A DNA stretch of 64,000 nt from Chloroflexota bacterium (GCA_027593235.1 JAQCIU010000015.1:1-64000); one strand, 5' to 3'. Shown: positions 44,554 through 54,521, numbered from the stretch's first letter. The notes: generated by a model not told the origin, from the sequence alone. A program made the numbers and translations.

Positions 44554-45516
44554 CTAGCTCTCGCAGCCGATGCCGTCGTGGTCATTGTCGAAGCGGTGCG
44601 GATCCGGTGGAAGCACCTGGAAGCGACGGAAGCTGATCTCGCCGCAATCGAGGTCCGGTGGGGCCGGTGGAATGCAGACCGTCGGGTACGACGGGTGACA
44701 ATTCGCCGGCGGGGCGGGCACCGTCGTGGCCGCGGGGGTCGGGGCAGGGGTCGGTACGGGGGTTGAGGTGGGGGGAGCGGTGGGCGCTGGCGTTGCTGGG
44801 GACGTCGGTGCAGCGGTTGCCACGGCCACGGGGGTACTGGCCGGGGTCCGCGTGGCGACCGGCGTTGGGGTTCGGGTGGGAGACGCGCCAACGACGGCGG
44901 CTGCTACGGGCGGGGCGGCCGGGGTTGGCGTAGCCGTCGCGGTTGCGGTCCGGGCGGCGACGTTGGCTGGCAAGTCGTCGTCGCAGGCCCAGAGGCCGAG
45001 GCCGGCGGCGCGCGCCTCATCCTCGGCGTCGCGCAAACGCTCGAGGTACTTGCGGTCCGGTCCGTCGGCGGAGAGCCGGGCGAATCCGCCGCGGAGGAGC
45101 TGCTCGTTCAACATCGAACCGTCGGGCAGGTAGACGTAGCGGAGGAGCCGACCCGAGGCGTCGAGATCGCTGACGTCCTGCTCTACCTCGATCGGTGAGC
45201 CGGGCGGGATGACCGCGGAGACGAACGAATTGGCGGCGTCGGCGAAGCACTGACCGAGGTCCGCATCGGGCGTTTCGATCGCGAGCAGGTGGACGGACTG
45301 GTCGCGTCCGTCGAGGGAAAGGACGAGGGTTTCGCCGCCCTCGATGCGGGTGACCACGCCGTGCGTCCGGATGGCCCGCCCGGGGATCGCCGACTCGCGG
45401 CCTGGTGCGGCGGTCGCGGACGGATTGGGTCTCGGCTCAGGCACGGCGGCACCGCAAGCGACGGCGGCTTCGAGGGCGAGCAGACTGGCCAGTGCCAGCA
45501 GCACAATTCGTTTCAC
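44554..45516 (-). CDS. Exported thermonuclease (SNase)-like protein with PT linker and Excalibur-like tail
   Basis: GRLLRYVY, NE.L...G.A, A...GLW; C-terminal CHPSYPTVCIP..DLDC..DPH.FD.D.DGIGCE; catalytic residues altered. Confidence 0.82.
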   Translation of the reverse strand: MKRIVLLALASLLALEAAVACGAAVPEPRPNPSATAAPGRESAIPGRAIRTHGVVTRIEGGETLVLSLDGRDQSVHLLAIETPDADLGQCFADAANSFVSAVIPPGSPIEVEQDVSDLDASGRLLRYVYLPDGSMLNEQLLRGGFARLSADGPDRKYLERLRDAEDEARAAGLGLWACDDDLPANVAARTATATATPTPAAPPVAAAVVGASPTRTPTPVATRTPASTPVAVATAAPTSPATPAPTAPPTSTPVPTPAPTPAATTVPAPPANCHPSYPTVCIPPAPPDLDCGEISFRRFQVLPPDPHRFDNDHDGIGCES

Positions 45517-45617
45517 GGTCGGGGTCCCCGCATTGTGACCGGCGTGGGGTCGTCGGCCGCGGGGAGCTTACCCGTTATTCAAAGGATTGTGTGTGGTTTC
45601 GGGGAGAATCGTCAGGT

Positions 45618-45800
45618 TCAGCGGCGGTCTGCACGCCAGAGCGCACCTGCCAGCACCGCCACGCCGAGGCCGATCACCATCGAGGAGAGCGCGACCAGAC
45701 CGCGCACCTCCCAGACGTCGGCGCTCTCGAGGAGGAACACGACCGAGAGTGCGATGAAGACGAGCCCGGCGATGACCGCGGACGGGTTGGTGTGGTTCAC
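45618..45800 (-). CDS. Small two-TM protein (psp-operon associated)
   Basis: S...GLVF...FLL pattern, GAGGAG RBS, follows pspC-like gene. Confidence 0.65.
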   Translation of the reverse strand: MNHTNPSAVIAGLVFIALSVVFLLESADVWEVRGLVALSSMVIGLGVAVLAGALWRADRR

Positions 45801-45804
45801 GGCG

Positions 45805-46686
45805 CTATCTCCTCACCTCGGACGAGCCGAAGGCGGTCGACGCGTTGATCAAGATCCGCTGTTCGGCGCGGTCGTAGTCGGGCGATTCGTAGTCCTCGCC
45901 GCTGCCGAAGACGGAAGTGGCCTCGACGCGGACGGGGGCGTCGCCGGGCAGGATCTGGATGCTGCCGAAGGCGGCGTTGACATCGATGTGAGTGGTGCCG
46001 GGGGGGAGGGTGGTGAGATCGAGTTCGCGGAGGTCCAGCGTGAGGCTGCCGAAGGCGGTGCTGTAGCCGTCCTCCAGGGCGGCGGCGCTGCGTGGCGATT
46101 CGGTGTGCTCGCTGAAGGCGTGTCCGGCGTCGATCTGGATGCCGACGCTGAGGCCGCCGGCAGCGGCGAGGATGACGGACGCGCCGACACCGAGCGCGAC
46201 GAGTCCGCCGTTCAATCCTCGGCGGGCCTGGGCGATGAGGCCGAGGCCGATGAGCCCGAGCGCGACGGCGAGGACCAGGCGCCAGGAAGGGACGCTGATA
46301 TCGATGGAGCGCAGCAGCGCGATTGTGCCGAAGGCGATCAGGACGACAGCGAGGATGAGCGGGCCACTGGTGCCGGCGGAGGCGTGCGCACTGGGGTCCT
46401 GATCCGTGGCGCGTCGCGTCGAGTCCTCGATGCCCTCCTCCGGCATGATGACCTAGGCGATGACGTAGAGCAGCAGGCCGGTACCGGCGAAGAGGACGAG
46501 CGCAACCCACGCGATACGGATGAACACCGGATCGACATCGAGATAGGTGGCCAGTCCACCGGCAACGCCACCGATGACCTGATCGTCGCGGGAGCGCATC
46601 AGCCGGCGAGGGCCGGGCGGGGGTGGAGGCGGCGGGGCCGGTGGCGGTGCTTCTGTTCCGGCGTCCGCTTCGGTTTCGTTTGTCAT
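45805..46686 (-). pseudogene. PspC domain + LiaF-like membrane protein interrupted by an in-frame TAG at 46453-46455
   Basis: RLMRSRDDQVIGGVAGGLA.Y.D PspC motif; LYVIA*VIMPEE where Trp is expected; downstream FGS..LDL LiaF-like repeats in the same frame. Confidence 0.78.
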
Positions 46687-46886
46687 CGTCGTCCCTCGTA
46701 TCCCCAGTATGACCCACGCACCGATCAGGTCGAGGGCCACGTGGCCCAGGTAAGTGGGGCCTCGGGGGTACCTGCTCGCTTCCGGGGGTGTGGACCTGCC
46801 CGGATGGGTGATCCGAGGGTCGCCCGTCGGCGCGACGCTGGGGGTGCGCCGGAAACAATGATCGGCGCTGAACCGGAGATGACCAG

Positions 46887-47843
46887 ATGACAGAACAGAA
46901 CACGCTCGCTGCCGTTTCGGACGGCCTAGCAGAAGCGGTAGAGCGGGTGACACCCGCGCTGGTGACGGTGAGCGCCCGACGGCGGATCCCCGCGACCGGG
47001 ATCGTGTGGGCGCCGGGCCTGGTGGTCACGGCGGATCACGTGATTGAGGAGGTCGATGAGATCCGGGTGCGCCTGGACGGCTCGGACGAGGCCCAGCCGG
47101 CCGAGTTGATCGGGCGTGACCCGGGCTCGGACCTGGCGCTGTTGCGGGTCGACGGCGCTACCGGCGCGGTGTCGCAGGCGGAGCCGGATGCGACAAGGGT
47201 CGGGCACCTCGTGCTGGCGGTGGGCCGGCCGGGCTCGCAGCCCGAAGCGTCGCTTGGCGTGGTGAGCGCGATCGGGACGCTGGGTCGCGGACGACGCGGC
47301 CGGCGAGGTGGTCGCGGAGAGCGCGGTAGCCACGAGGCGGGGCGCGAGGGCGGTACCTACCTGCGGACCGACACGACGTTCTTCCCGGGCTTCTCCGGGG
47401 GACCGCTGGTGGACGCCTCCGGGTTGGTGGTGGGGCTGAATACCTCGCGATTCCGGCCCGGCAACGGCATCACGATTCCGAGCGCGACTGTGTCCGAGGT
47501 CGTGGATGCGCTGCGGCGGCACGGTCGCATCCGTCGCGCCTATGTCGGCATCGGGAGCCAGGTGACGCGTCTTCCGGCGGCGCTGACGGCGAAACTCGGT
47601 GGCGAGCTGAGCGACCTCGAGTCTGGGCTGCTGGTGCTTGGCATCGAGGAGGGCAGCCCGGCGGAGCAAGCGGGACTGCTCGTCGGCGATGTGCTGGTCG
47701 GCTTCGATGGGGTGCCGCTGGCGCGGACCGAGGATTTGCAGGAGCAGCTCGATGCCGATCGCGTCGGTGTCGCAAGTGAACTGACGGTGCTGCGGGGCGG
47801 CGAACCGGCAACCGTGATTGTTACGCCCGCGGAACGACCATAG
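46887..47843 (+). CDS. S1C (HtrA-like) serine protease with PDZ domain, no signal peptide
   Basis: TADH, DLAL, PGFSGGPL triad; SPAEQAGL.GD PDZ. Confidence 0.9.
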   Translation: MTEQNTLAAVSDGLAEAVERVTPALVTVSARRRIPATGIVWAPGLVVTADHVIEEVDEIRVRLDGSDEAQPAELIGRDPGSDLALLRVDGATGAVSQAEPDATRVGHLVLAVGRPGSQPEASLGVVSAIGTLGRGRRGRRGGRGERGSHEAGREGGTYLRTDTTFFPGFSGGPLVDASGLVVGLNTSRFRPGNGITIPSATVSEVVDALRRHGRIRRAYVGIGSQVTRLPAALTAKLGGELSDLESGLLVLGIEEGSPAEQAGLLVGDVLVGFDGVPLARTEDLQEQLDADRVGVASELTVLRGGEPATVIVTPAERP

Positions 47844-47983
47844 TCGCGGCGGCGGTCCGGGCCGGTGCTCCGAGGAGTACACCGGGTGGTGCGCAGAGCG
47901 GTGCTCCGGGCGGCGCCGATCGGATCATCGAGGGGAGCGCACTGCGTACGCTGGAGCGACGGCCCAGCGATGGACGGAGTGCG

Positions 47984-48598
47984 GTGAATCAGGGATCGAT
48001 CCGGGTGCTGGTCGGCGCACGCAGCCCCGCTGTGCGCGCCGGCCTCCGCGAGCTGCTGGAGCGCGCGGGCTTCACGGTCGGTGGCGAATCCTCGACGGAG
48101 GCGCTCGCGGACGTGGCGACCGACGACGTTGACGTGCTCGTCGCGGAGATCGGCGGCAACCGCGAATTGTTCGACGCGCTGCGCGGCGAGCTGGCGGATG
48201 TGCCTGCGGTCTTGCTCGCCGAGCGTGCCGGCCCATTCGACCCGGAGGCGGCACCGCGGGCGTGGCTTACGCCCGAGGTGAGCGCGAGCGCACTGGCGGC
48301 GGCGGTTCGCGCCGTGGTCGCCGGGCTCGCGGTCTACGCTCCGGAGCTGGCGCCCACCGGTGGCGCGAGCGGCCTCGGGGGCGACAGCGGCGGCGTCGTG
48401 GCTGCGATTACCGAGCGCGAGCACGACGTGCTGGAGTTGCTGGCGGCTGGCCTGCCGAACAAGGGGATCGCGCTCCGGCTTGGGATCAGCGAGCACACGG
48501 TGAAGTTCCACGTGGGGTCGTTGCTCTCGAAGCTGGAGGCGCAGTCACGGACGGAGGTGGTGGCGATCGCGGCGCGGCAGGGGCTGCTGACGCTCTAG
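47984..48598 (+). CDS. LuxR/NarL-type regulator with degenerate receiver domain
   Basis: TERE.DVL.L...G..NK.IA..L.ISEHTVKFH HTH. Confidence 0.9.
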   Translation: MNQGSIRVLVGARSPAVRAGLRELLERAGFTVGGESSTEALADVATDDVDVLVAEIGGNRELFDALRGELADVPAVLLAERAGPFDPEAAPRAWLTPEVSASALAAAVRAVVAGLAVYAPELAPTGGASGLGGDSGGVVAAITEREHDVLELLAAGLPNKGIALRLGISEHTVKFHVGSLLSKLEAQSRTEVVAIAARQGLLTL

Positions 48599-48665
48599 CG
48601 GCCTACTCTCGATCCGGTGGAAGCCGGGCGTCCGACGTCGGACGCACGTGTCGAGGGTGGTGGTG

Positions 48666-49532
48666 ATGAGGCGCTGGACTTCGATCCTCGTTGTCGCGGT
48701 TGTCCTCGGGGTGGTCACGCTCTCCGCGTGCTTGTCTTCGTCCGCAGAGTCGGCGCCGGGGTCGTTTTACCTCGAGGCGACGATCACGGTGGTCGATGAT
48801 CGGGTTGGTGCGGCGGAGCCGGAGGTGGTGACGTACGTCCGCTGGTGGTCCGAGTCGGTCGACCGGTGGCGCTGGGAGTTCGATCAGTCAGGCGGGCACG
48901 GAGCGAGCGCCGACGGGTCCTACTCACTTTCAGACGGCGAGACGGTCTGGTTCTACGACGCGAGGACGAACACGTACCAACGGGCAGAGCCGTTCGACCT
49001 TCCGGAAGGATTCGTGGCGACACCGCTGCCTATCTCGGTGCTGTTCGGGCCGGCGAACGTTGATTCGCTGGACGACCTGGCAGGTTCGCTGCTGCTGCGC
49101 GACGACCAGATGGATGTGGTGCGCGGCGGGTCGGAGTCGATCCTCGGAGTGGAGACGGCACTGCTGGACTACCGACCGACATGGCGCGCGGCGAGCACGA
49201 CCAGCACGGCGCCCGGAGCCTCGGGTACGCCAACCCCGTCCGCCGAGGAGGCGAGTGCGGGCGGTGTCGGGCGGATGTGGGTCGACGAGGATCGGATGTT
49301 CATTCTGCGGCACGAGATCGATGGCGAATCGAACCGCCAATACGTGCTCGTCGAGGTGACGCGCGTCGATTACGACGTGGCATTCGGCGACGACCGCTTC
49401 GCCTTCACGCCGCCGCTGGGTGCGGTGGAGGAGGCGTCCGGCGCGGGAGGCGTGACAACGGAGCGAGGTACGGCCTCGGGGGGGCGCGGCCGGCGACTGA
49501 CGTGCGGTCGACTCGCAGCGAGCGGGTGCTAG
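48666..49532 (+). CDS. LolA-like lipoprotein, possibly C-terminally truncated
   Basis: LSAC lipobox, SDGETVW.YD, WVD, F.F.PP.GA. Confidence 0.65.
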   Translation: MRRWTSILVVAVVLGVVTLSACLSSSAESAPGSFYLEATITVVDDRVGAAEPEVVTYVRWWSESVDRWRWEFDQSGGHGASADGSYSLSDGETVWFYDARTNTYQRAEPFDLPEGFVATPLPISVLFGPANVDSLDDLAGSLLLRDDQMDVVRGGSESILGVETALLDYRPTWRAASTTSTAPGASGTPTPSAEEASAGGVGRMWVDEDRMFILRHEIDGESNRQYVLVEVTRVDYDVAFGDDRFAFTPPLGAVEEASGAGGVTTERGTASGGRGRRLTCGRLAASGC

Positions 49533-50296
49533 AGGATGCCGCCGCCATCGAGGACGAGCGTCTGTCCGGTCACGAAGGATGAGGCGTCGCTCGCCAGGTA
49601 GACAACGGCTCCGGCCATCTCATCCGGCATCCCGATGCGTCCGAGGGCGACGTCGCTGGATTCCGCGCCGGCGGCTTCGCGGGTCTCCCAGAGGGCGCGC
49701 GAGAAATCGGTCTTGATCAGACCGGGTGCGATGCAGTTGACGCGGATTCCGTCGGCGCCCCACTGCGTGGCGAGTACCTGGGTGAGCATGATGATCGCGG
49801 CCTTGGAGACGGAGTAGATCGGGAGCTGCGCGGAGGCACGGATCCCACCGACCGAGCTGACGTTGATCACCGTCCCGCCCTCGCCGTGCTCCTTCATCGC
49901 CTCGCGAGCGGCTTTGGCGAGGAAGAACGCGGATTTCACGTTGGTGTTCATCACCACATCCCAGGCACGCTCGTCGACGTTGTCGACCGGGCCGAAGATG
50001 GGGTTGGTGGCGGCGTTGTTGACGAGGATATCGACGCGGCCGAACTCGGCCTTGGTCTGGTCGACGAGGGCCTGGAGCGAGTCCAGTTCGCGGACGTTCG
50101 TCGGGATGCCGATGCCGCGGCGTCCGGTCGCGTTGACCGTGGCGACTGCCTCCTCGAGGGCTTCGGGCTTGCGCGCGGCGATGGCGACGTTGGCGCCGGC
50201 CTCGGCGAGGCCGATCGCGATGGAACGGCCGATGCCGCGGCTCCCGCCGGTGACGATGGCGACTTTGCCATCGAGCGAAAAGTCGACGATAGGCAT
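49529..50296 (-). CDS. Short-chain dehydrogenase/reductase
   Basis: TGGSRGIG, NNA, YSVSK, PG.I.T. Confidence 0.94.
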   Translation of the reverse strand: MPIVDFSLDGKVAIVTGGSRGIGRSIAIGLAEAGANVAIAARKPEALEEAVATVNATGRRGIGIPTNVRELDSLQALVDQTKAEFGRVDILVNNAATNPIFGPVDNVDERAWDVVMNTNVKSAFFLAKAAREAMKEHGEGGTVINVSSVGGIRASAQLPIYSVSKAAIIMLTQVLATQWGADGIRVNCIAPGLIKTDFSRALWETREAAGAESSDVALGRIGMPDEMAGAVVYLASDASSFVTGQTLVLDGGGIL

Positions 50297-50388
50297 ACTG
50301 GACCTCCGGCGCGTGCGTGTCTGATCGAGCGCGACGATAGCCGGTTTCGAGATTGAGCGCGCCCCGCCTCGCGGGTCCGGAGGATTCG

Positions 50389-50691
50389 ATGCGAATCGTC
50401 GCCAAGCTGCTTGAGGACTTCGCCGGGGACTGGCACTGGGTGGACCTGAAGAATGCGCGCGAGGTCGATCCGGAGAACCGGGTGTTCGAGATCGATAGTG
50501 CGAGCACGGTCTGCGGCATCCGGCTGAGTGGGCCGACGCGGACGCGACTGCACGAGACCGGCGCGCCCTCCGAGCCGGATTGCCCGAGTTGCCTGGACGG
50601 GGACAGTGGCGGCATCAGCCCCGGTCTGCGCCGCGAGATCGAAGAGGCGCTGGGCGTGGAGACCGAGGTCGCGGAACCGGTCGCCCGTTAG
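50389..50691 (+). CDS. Hypothetical protein, possible zinc finger
   Basis: GGAGGA RBS; WH...CG...CPSC. Confidence 0.6.
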   Translation: MRIVAKLLEDFAGDWHWVDLKNAREVDPENRVFEIDSASTVCGIRLSGPTRTRLHETGAPSEPDCPSCLDGDSGGISPGLRREIEEALGVETEVAEPVAR

Positions 50692-50761
50692 CGGGGACCG
50701 AACGGCGTCGCACGACTCGCCTGACAACTCCTCCGGCGGCAGGTCCGGACGGACGACGGAG

Positions 50762-51262
50762 CTACAGCTGCTCGAGCGGCCGGCCGATGCTCTTGAGGAA
50801 GTCCCACCAATCGAACTCGCCGGGTGAGTGGCCGAAGGTCGAGGCCATCACGGCGAGTTCGCTGCGATGCTGACCCTGGTGTTGGACGAACTGCGAAATG
50901 ACGTTGGCGCGGGTCGTGCGGTACCGCTCGCTGAAGAGGCGCAGTTCGAAGGGCTCATCGAGCTGCTCGTCGGTGAGCGAGTCGAGGAGCGCGAGCCATC
51001 CCTCGCGGACCGAAGCCCAGGCGGCGCAGAGCGCGGCGAGATCCTCGGGCGCGCGGTCGGCGGGTGAGACGTCGGCGCCCTGGAGGCGGGCGAGGAAGCC
51101 GCGCTCGAACATATACATGTGGCGGAGGGTGTTGAGCGGCGACGCGGCGCCCTCGGACGGTGCTTCGTCGAGGCGTTCGGGTGTCAGCGCCAGCGCGGCG
51201 AGGTTCTTGTCCAGGCCCCAGTAGGCGTGCTCGATGAACGTGCGGAAGTGCTGGACGGTCAT
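50762..51262 (-). CDS. DinB family protein
   Basis: TLRHM...E and HQGQHRSEL motifs. Confidence 0.82.
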   Translation of the reverse strand: MTVQHFRTFIEHAYWGLDKNLAALALTPERLDEAPSEGAASPLNTLRHMYMFERGFLARLQGADVSPADRAPEDLAALCAAWASVREGWLALLDSLTDEQLDEPFELRLFSERYRTTRANVISQFVQHQGQHRSELAVMASTFGHSPGEFDWWDFLKSIGRPLEQL

Positions 51263-51316
51263 TGCGCGAGATCCATTCGATGATCGAAGCGGAGCAGACA
51301 CGTTAGCTCAGCGCGG

Positions 51317-51631
51317 CTAGCTCCGGGTGGGCTGAACGAGGCGAAGCTGAGCTTCGCTGGAGAGCTGCACCCAGGCTTCGAGGGCCGCGTGGTAGGAGGC
51401 GAGCCAGTCCTCGAAGGCTCGCTCGACATCCTCGCGGTCGGGCCACGGTTGGCTCAGGACCTTCGCGACGGCGGCATCCGGATCGTGTGTCTGGCGCCAG
51501 CTTGCGCGCCAGTACGCCATCGCGCCGGCGACATCGACGATCTGCGCATCGAGCGAGGAGAGTCGGCCGGCTGCGAAGTCGAGACGTCGTTTGGCCTCGG
51601 TGTAGTGCTGCTCGCGGCTGTCGATACGCAT
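51317..51631 (-). CDS. Hypothetical helical protein
   Basis: Clean ORF with W-rich helices, WP motif. Confidence 0.55.
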   Translation of the reverse strand: MRIDSREQHYTEAKRRLDFAAGRLSSLDAQIVDVAGAMAYWRASWRQTHDPDAAVAKVLSQPWPDREDVERAFEDWLASYHAALEAWVQLSSEAQLRLVQPTRS

Positions 51632-51753
51632 GGCGCCACCGTAGTGGCGGGGCGGCGAATCAGGCTGGGATACCTATTTAGGGAAACGTATAAATAGGGG
51701 GAACCGAGCGGTCGGTCAGCGGGGGCCGGATCGGGCGGGCTGACCGGGAAGGC

Positions 51754-52383
51754 CTACGACGAGCGGTGCTGCGTGCGCTGGAAGTCCTCGGTGGAGTTCG
51801 TGCGTGGGTAGGGTTCCGTCGGGACGGGGACCTCCAGGAAGGCGCAGAGCGGCTCCCAGCCGTCACCCGCTTCGAAGAGCAAGAGACGATCGGCCGCGAT
51901 CGTGGCTTGCACGGTGGCGAGGTGCTCGTTGTAGACCGCGATGGCAGCGGTCTGATCGTTGGCCTGGCCGCGCAGGTCGCGCGCCCAGATCAGTTCGTTC
52001 GCCCATGCGGCCCAGCGGCGCTGGTCCGGATCATTCGAGTCGAGGGCGGCGACGGTCGAGGGATAGATCGTGTTGTGGATGCTGCGGAACCAGCCCTCGG
52101 GATCGCGGGTGCTGAGGATGACCTTCGCGTCCGGGTAGTAGTCGGCGAGTTCACGCCAGAAGCCCGCGACAGGCCAGTCGACACCGGCACGGTAACCGTC
52201 GAAGAGGCGATCCCAGTCGGGGCGCTCGCCGTTGACCGCTGCTTCCCAGAGCGCGTTGTGCTCGGGGTGCTGGAATACCTCCACCATGTGGTAGCACTGC
52301 TCGTAGCCCAGCTGCTGCAGGGCGATCTGGAGCGAGCGCGTCCCGGTCCGGCCGAAGCCGGCCCCGATGACCTCGAGTGCCAT
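51754..52383 (-). CDS. Sulfotransferase-like P-loop protein
   Basis: VIGAGFGRTGT.SL, CYHM, VDWP, GWEPLC.FL..P...YP..N. Confidence 0.9.
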   Translation of the reverse strand: MALEVIGAGFGRTGTRSLQIALQQLGYEQCYHMVEVFQHPEHNALWEAAVNGERPDWDRLFDGYRAGVDWPVAGFWRELADYYPDAKVILSTRDPEGWFRSIHNTIYPSTVAALDSNDPDQRRWAAWANELIWARDLRGQANDQTAAIAVYNEHLATVQATIAADRLLLFEAGDGWEPLCAFLEVPVPTEPYPRTNSTEDFQRTQHRSS

Positions 52384-52463
52384 GGATCCTCCTCGGTCGT
52401 GGCATTCGGCCGACGCTAGCAGACCGCGCGCCCGCTGGCCGGGCGGCAGCGAGTCGGCCAGGG

Positions 52464-53393
52464 CTAGTCGAACTGGTGTTGCAGGTAGTGCTCGGAGCGG
52501 ATGGCGGCGGTGACGCCGTCCCCGACGGCCGACGCGAGCTGGCGGGCCGAATCCACGCGGACGTCGCCGGCGACGTAGAAGCCGGGCTGTTCCGTCTCCA
52601 TCCAGAGGTTCACGAAGGCGTGTCCGCCCTCGTCCAGTTTCGCCAGGTCGCCCAGCAGCTCCGAGTTGGGGTGATGGCCGATGAAGATGAAGACGCCGCC
52701 GACGGCGAGGGTGCGCCGTTCGTCGGTTTGCAGGTCGTGGAGGGTCACCTCGTCAACGTCGGTGTCGCCAGCGATGGTTTCGACGACGGTGTTCCAGATG
52801 AACGCGATCTTGTCGTTGGCGCGCGCGCGATCCTGGAGGATGCGCGAGGCGCGGAGCTCGTCACGCCGGTGGATGATGTGGACCTGCGAGGCGTAGCGGG
52901 TCAGGAAGATCGCCTCCTCGACCGCCGCGTCTCCACCGCCAACGACGGCGACGATCTCGTCCTTGAAGAAGGCGCCGTCGCAGGTGGCGCAGTAGGACAC
53001 GCCCTTGCCGGTGAACTGCTCCTCGCCGGGCACGTTGAGCTTCACGGGATCGGCGCCCGCGGCGACGATGACGGTCTTCGCGCGGTAGCTGCCGCTGTCG
53101 GCTTCGAGGACGAACTGGGGGCCCACTGGTTCGCGCGTGATGCGCGTGATGCCCTCGTACTTCGTCTCCATGCCGAACTGCTCGGCCTGACGATGCATAT
53201 CGAGGGCGAGGATTGGACCTTCGACGCCGTCCGGGAAGCCCGGATAGTTCTCGACAGTGCCGGTAATGGCGATCTGGCCGCCCAGCACGCCGCGTTCCCA
53301 GACAACGGTGCGGCGCTTTGCGCGCGCGGTGTAGAGAGCGGCGGCGAGGCCGGTGGGCCCGCCGCCGATGATTGCTACGTCAACGTCCTCCAT
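52464..53393 (-). CDS. trxB: Thioredoxin-disulfide reductase
   Basis: GGGPTG, ENYPGF, CATCDG, GGGD.A.EEA, HRR, AGD. Confidence 0.96.
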   Translation of the reverse strand: MEDVDVAIIGGGPTGLAAALYTARAKRRTVVWERGVLGGQIAITGTVENYPGFPDGVEGPILALDMHRQAEQFGMETKYEGITRITREPVGPQFVLEADSGSYRAKTVIVAAGADPVKLNVPGEEQFTGKGVSYCATCDGAFFKDEIVAVVGGGDAAVEEAIFLTRYASQVHIIHRRDELRASRILQDRARANDKIAFIWNTVVETIAGDTDVDEVTLHDLQTDERRTLAVGGVFIFIGHHPNSELLGDLAKLDEGGHAFVNLWMETEQPGFYVAGDVRVDSARQLASAVGDGVTAAIRSEHYLQHQFD

Positions 53394-53533
53394 CGAGGGT
53401 CCTTTCAATCGCGGTCAACGGATCCGATGGGCGCCGGTGGGAAATCGGCCGCGCTCCGGGGGAACGTCCAGACTACGATGGCGGTCGGCGGCGGCCAGTG
53501 ACCATCGCTACCAAATCGTGATTGCAGGCAGGC

Positions 53534-54301
53534 ATGCCGGACGATCCTATCGCGAGTGCGCGGGCAGACCGGCTGGAAGCAGACCTGCGGTTGGTGGCGA
53601 CGGCTGGCCGGGCGGAACGCGAGCGCGCCTATCTGAAAAGCGACCTGGAGTTCATCGGGGTACGGGTCCCGGACCTGCGGCGGACGGTGAAGGCCCACCT
53701 CGACGGGATCGAAGACCTCGATCACGACGCGCTGATCGCGCTGATCGAGGCACTGTGGGACAGCGGCATCTACGAGCGCCGGGCGGCGGCGGCGATTGCG
53801 CTCGAAGGGCGGCCGCGGCTCTTGAGCGGCACGGACCTGCCGCTGCTCGAGCGGCTGTTGCGGGAGTCGAAGACATGGGCGCTGGTGGACGGGCTTGCCG
53901 TTCATGTGGTCGGGCGACTCCGCGAACGGGATGCCGGCGTTCGCGCGGAGTTGGACCGCTGGGCCGTCGACCCGGACTTCTGGATCCGGCGGTCGGCGTT
54001 GCTTGCTCACCTGCTCGCGCTTCGTCGCGGTGAGGGCGATTTCGACACCTTCGGGCGGTACGCCGACGGGATGTTGGAGGAGCGGGAGTTCTTTATCCGC
54101 AAAGCGATCGGCTGGGTGCTGCGGGAGACGGCGCGGAAGCGCCCCGGCCTGGTGATCGACTGGATTGCGCCCCGAACGGCGCGAGCCTCGGGCGTGACGA
54201 TGCGCGAGGTGGTCCGACATCTACCGACGACGGATGCCGAGCGGTTGATGGAGGGGTACCGGGGTGGGCGTGCGGCGGCGGGGAGCGCTGCCGAGGGCTG
54301 A
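53534..54301 (+). CDS. DNA alkylation repair protein (AlkD-like)
   Basis: YLKS, GV.VP, WALVD, WIRR, EFFIRKAIGWVLRE. Confidence 0.88.
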   Translation: MPDDPIASARADRLEADLRLVATAGRAERERAYLKSDLEFIGVRVPDLRRTVKAHLDGIEDLDHDALIALIEALWDSGIYERRAAAAIALEGRPRLLSGTDLPLLERLLRESKTWALVDGLAVHVVGRLRERDAGVRAELDRWAVDPDFWIRRSALLAHLLALRRGEGDFDTFGRYADGMLEEREFFIRKAIGWVLRETARKRPGLVIDWIAPRTARASGVTMREVVRHLPTTDAERLMEGYRGGRAAAGSAAEG

Positions 54302-54308
54302 GGCGGAG

Positions 54309-54521
54309 TTAGACGGCCTGCGTTGTCGGATCGATCATGCGCTGGACGATGTCGGCGACCTCGTAGCCGCATGGGCGACAGAGGGTATGGAACTGCGCGG
54401 AGCCGGTCGATTTCATGCGCGGCAGCCCATCGGTCAGGCGCACGAGTTCACCGTGCTGGAGTTGCACGATCGTGGCCTCACTTGAGACACGACGCTGACA
54501 GCGATCGCAAATTCCCCACAT
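54309..54521 (-). CDS. Small zinc-ribbon-like protein
   Basis: CDRC...LCRPC; GAAGGA RBS-like upstream. Confidence 0.6.
   Translation of the reverse strand: MWGICDRCQRRVSSEATIVQLQHGELVRLTDGLPRMKSTGSAQFHTLCRPCGYEVADIVQRMIDPTTQAV

Noticed and set aside
44710-44960. Repetitive DNA in the SNase and Excalibur genes
   Set aside because: Explained by Pro/Thr/Ala-rich protein linkers
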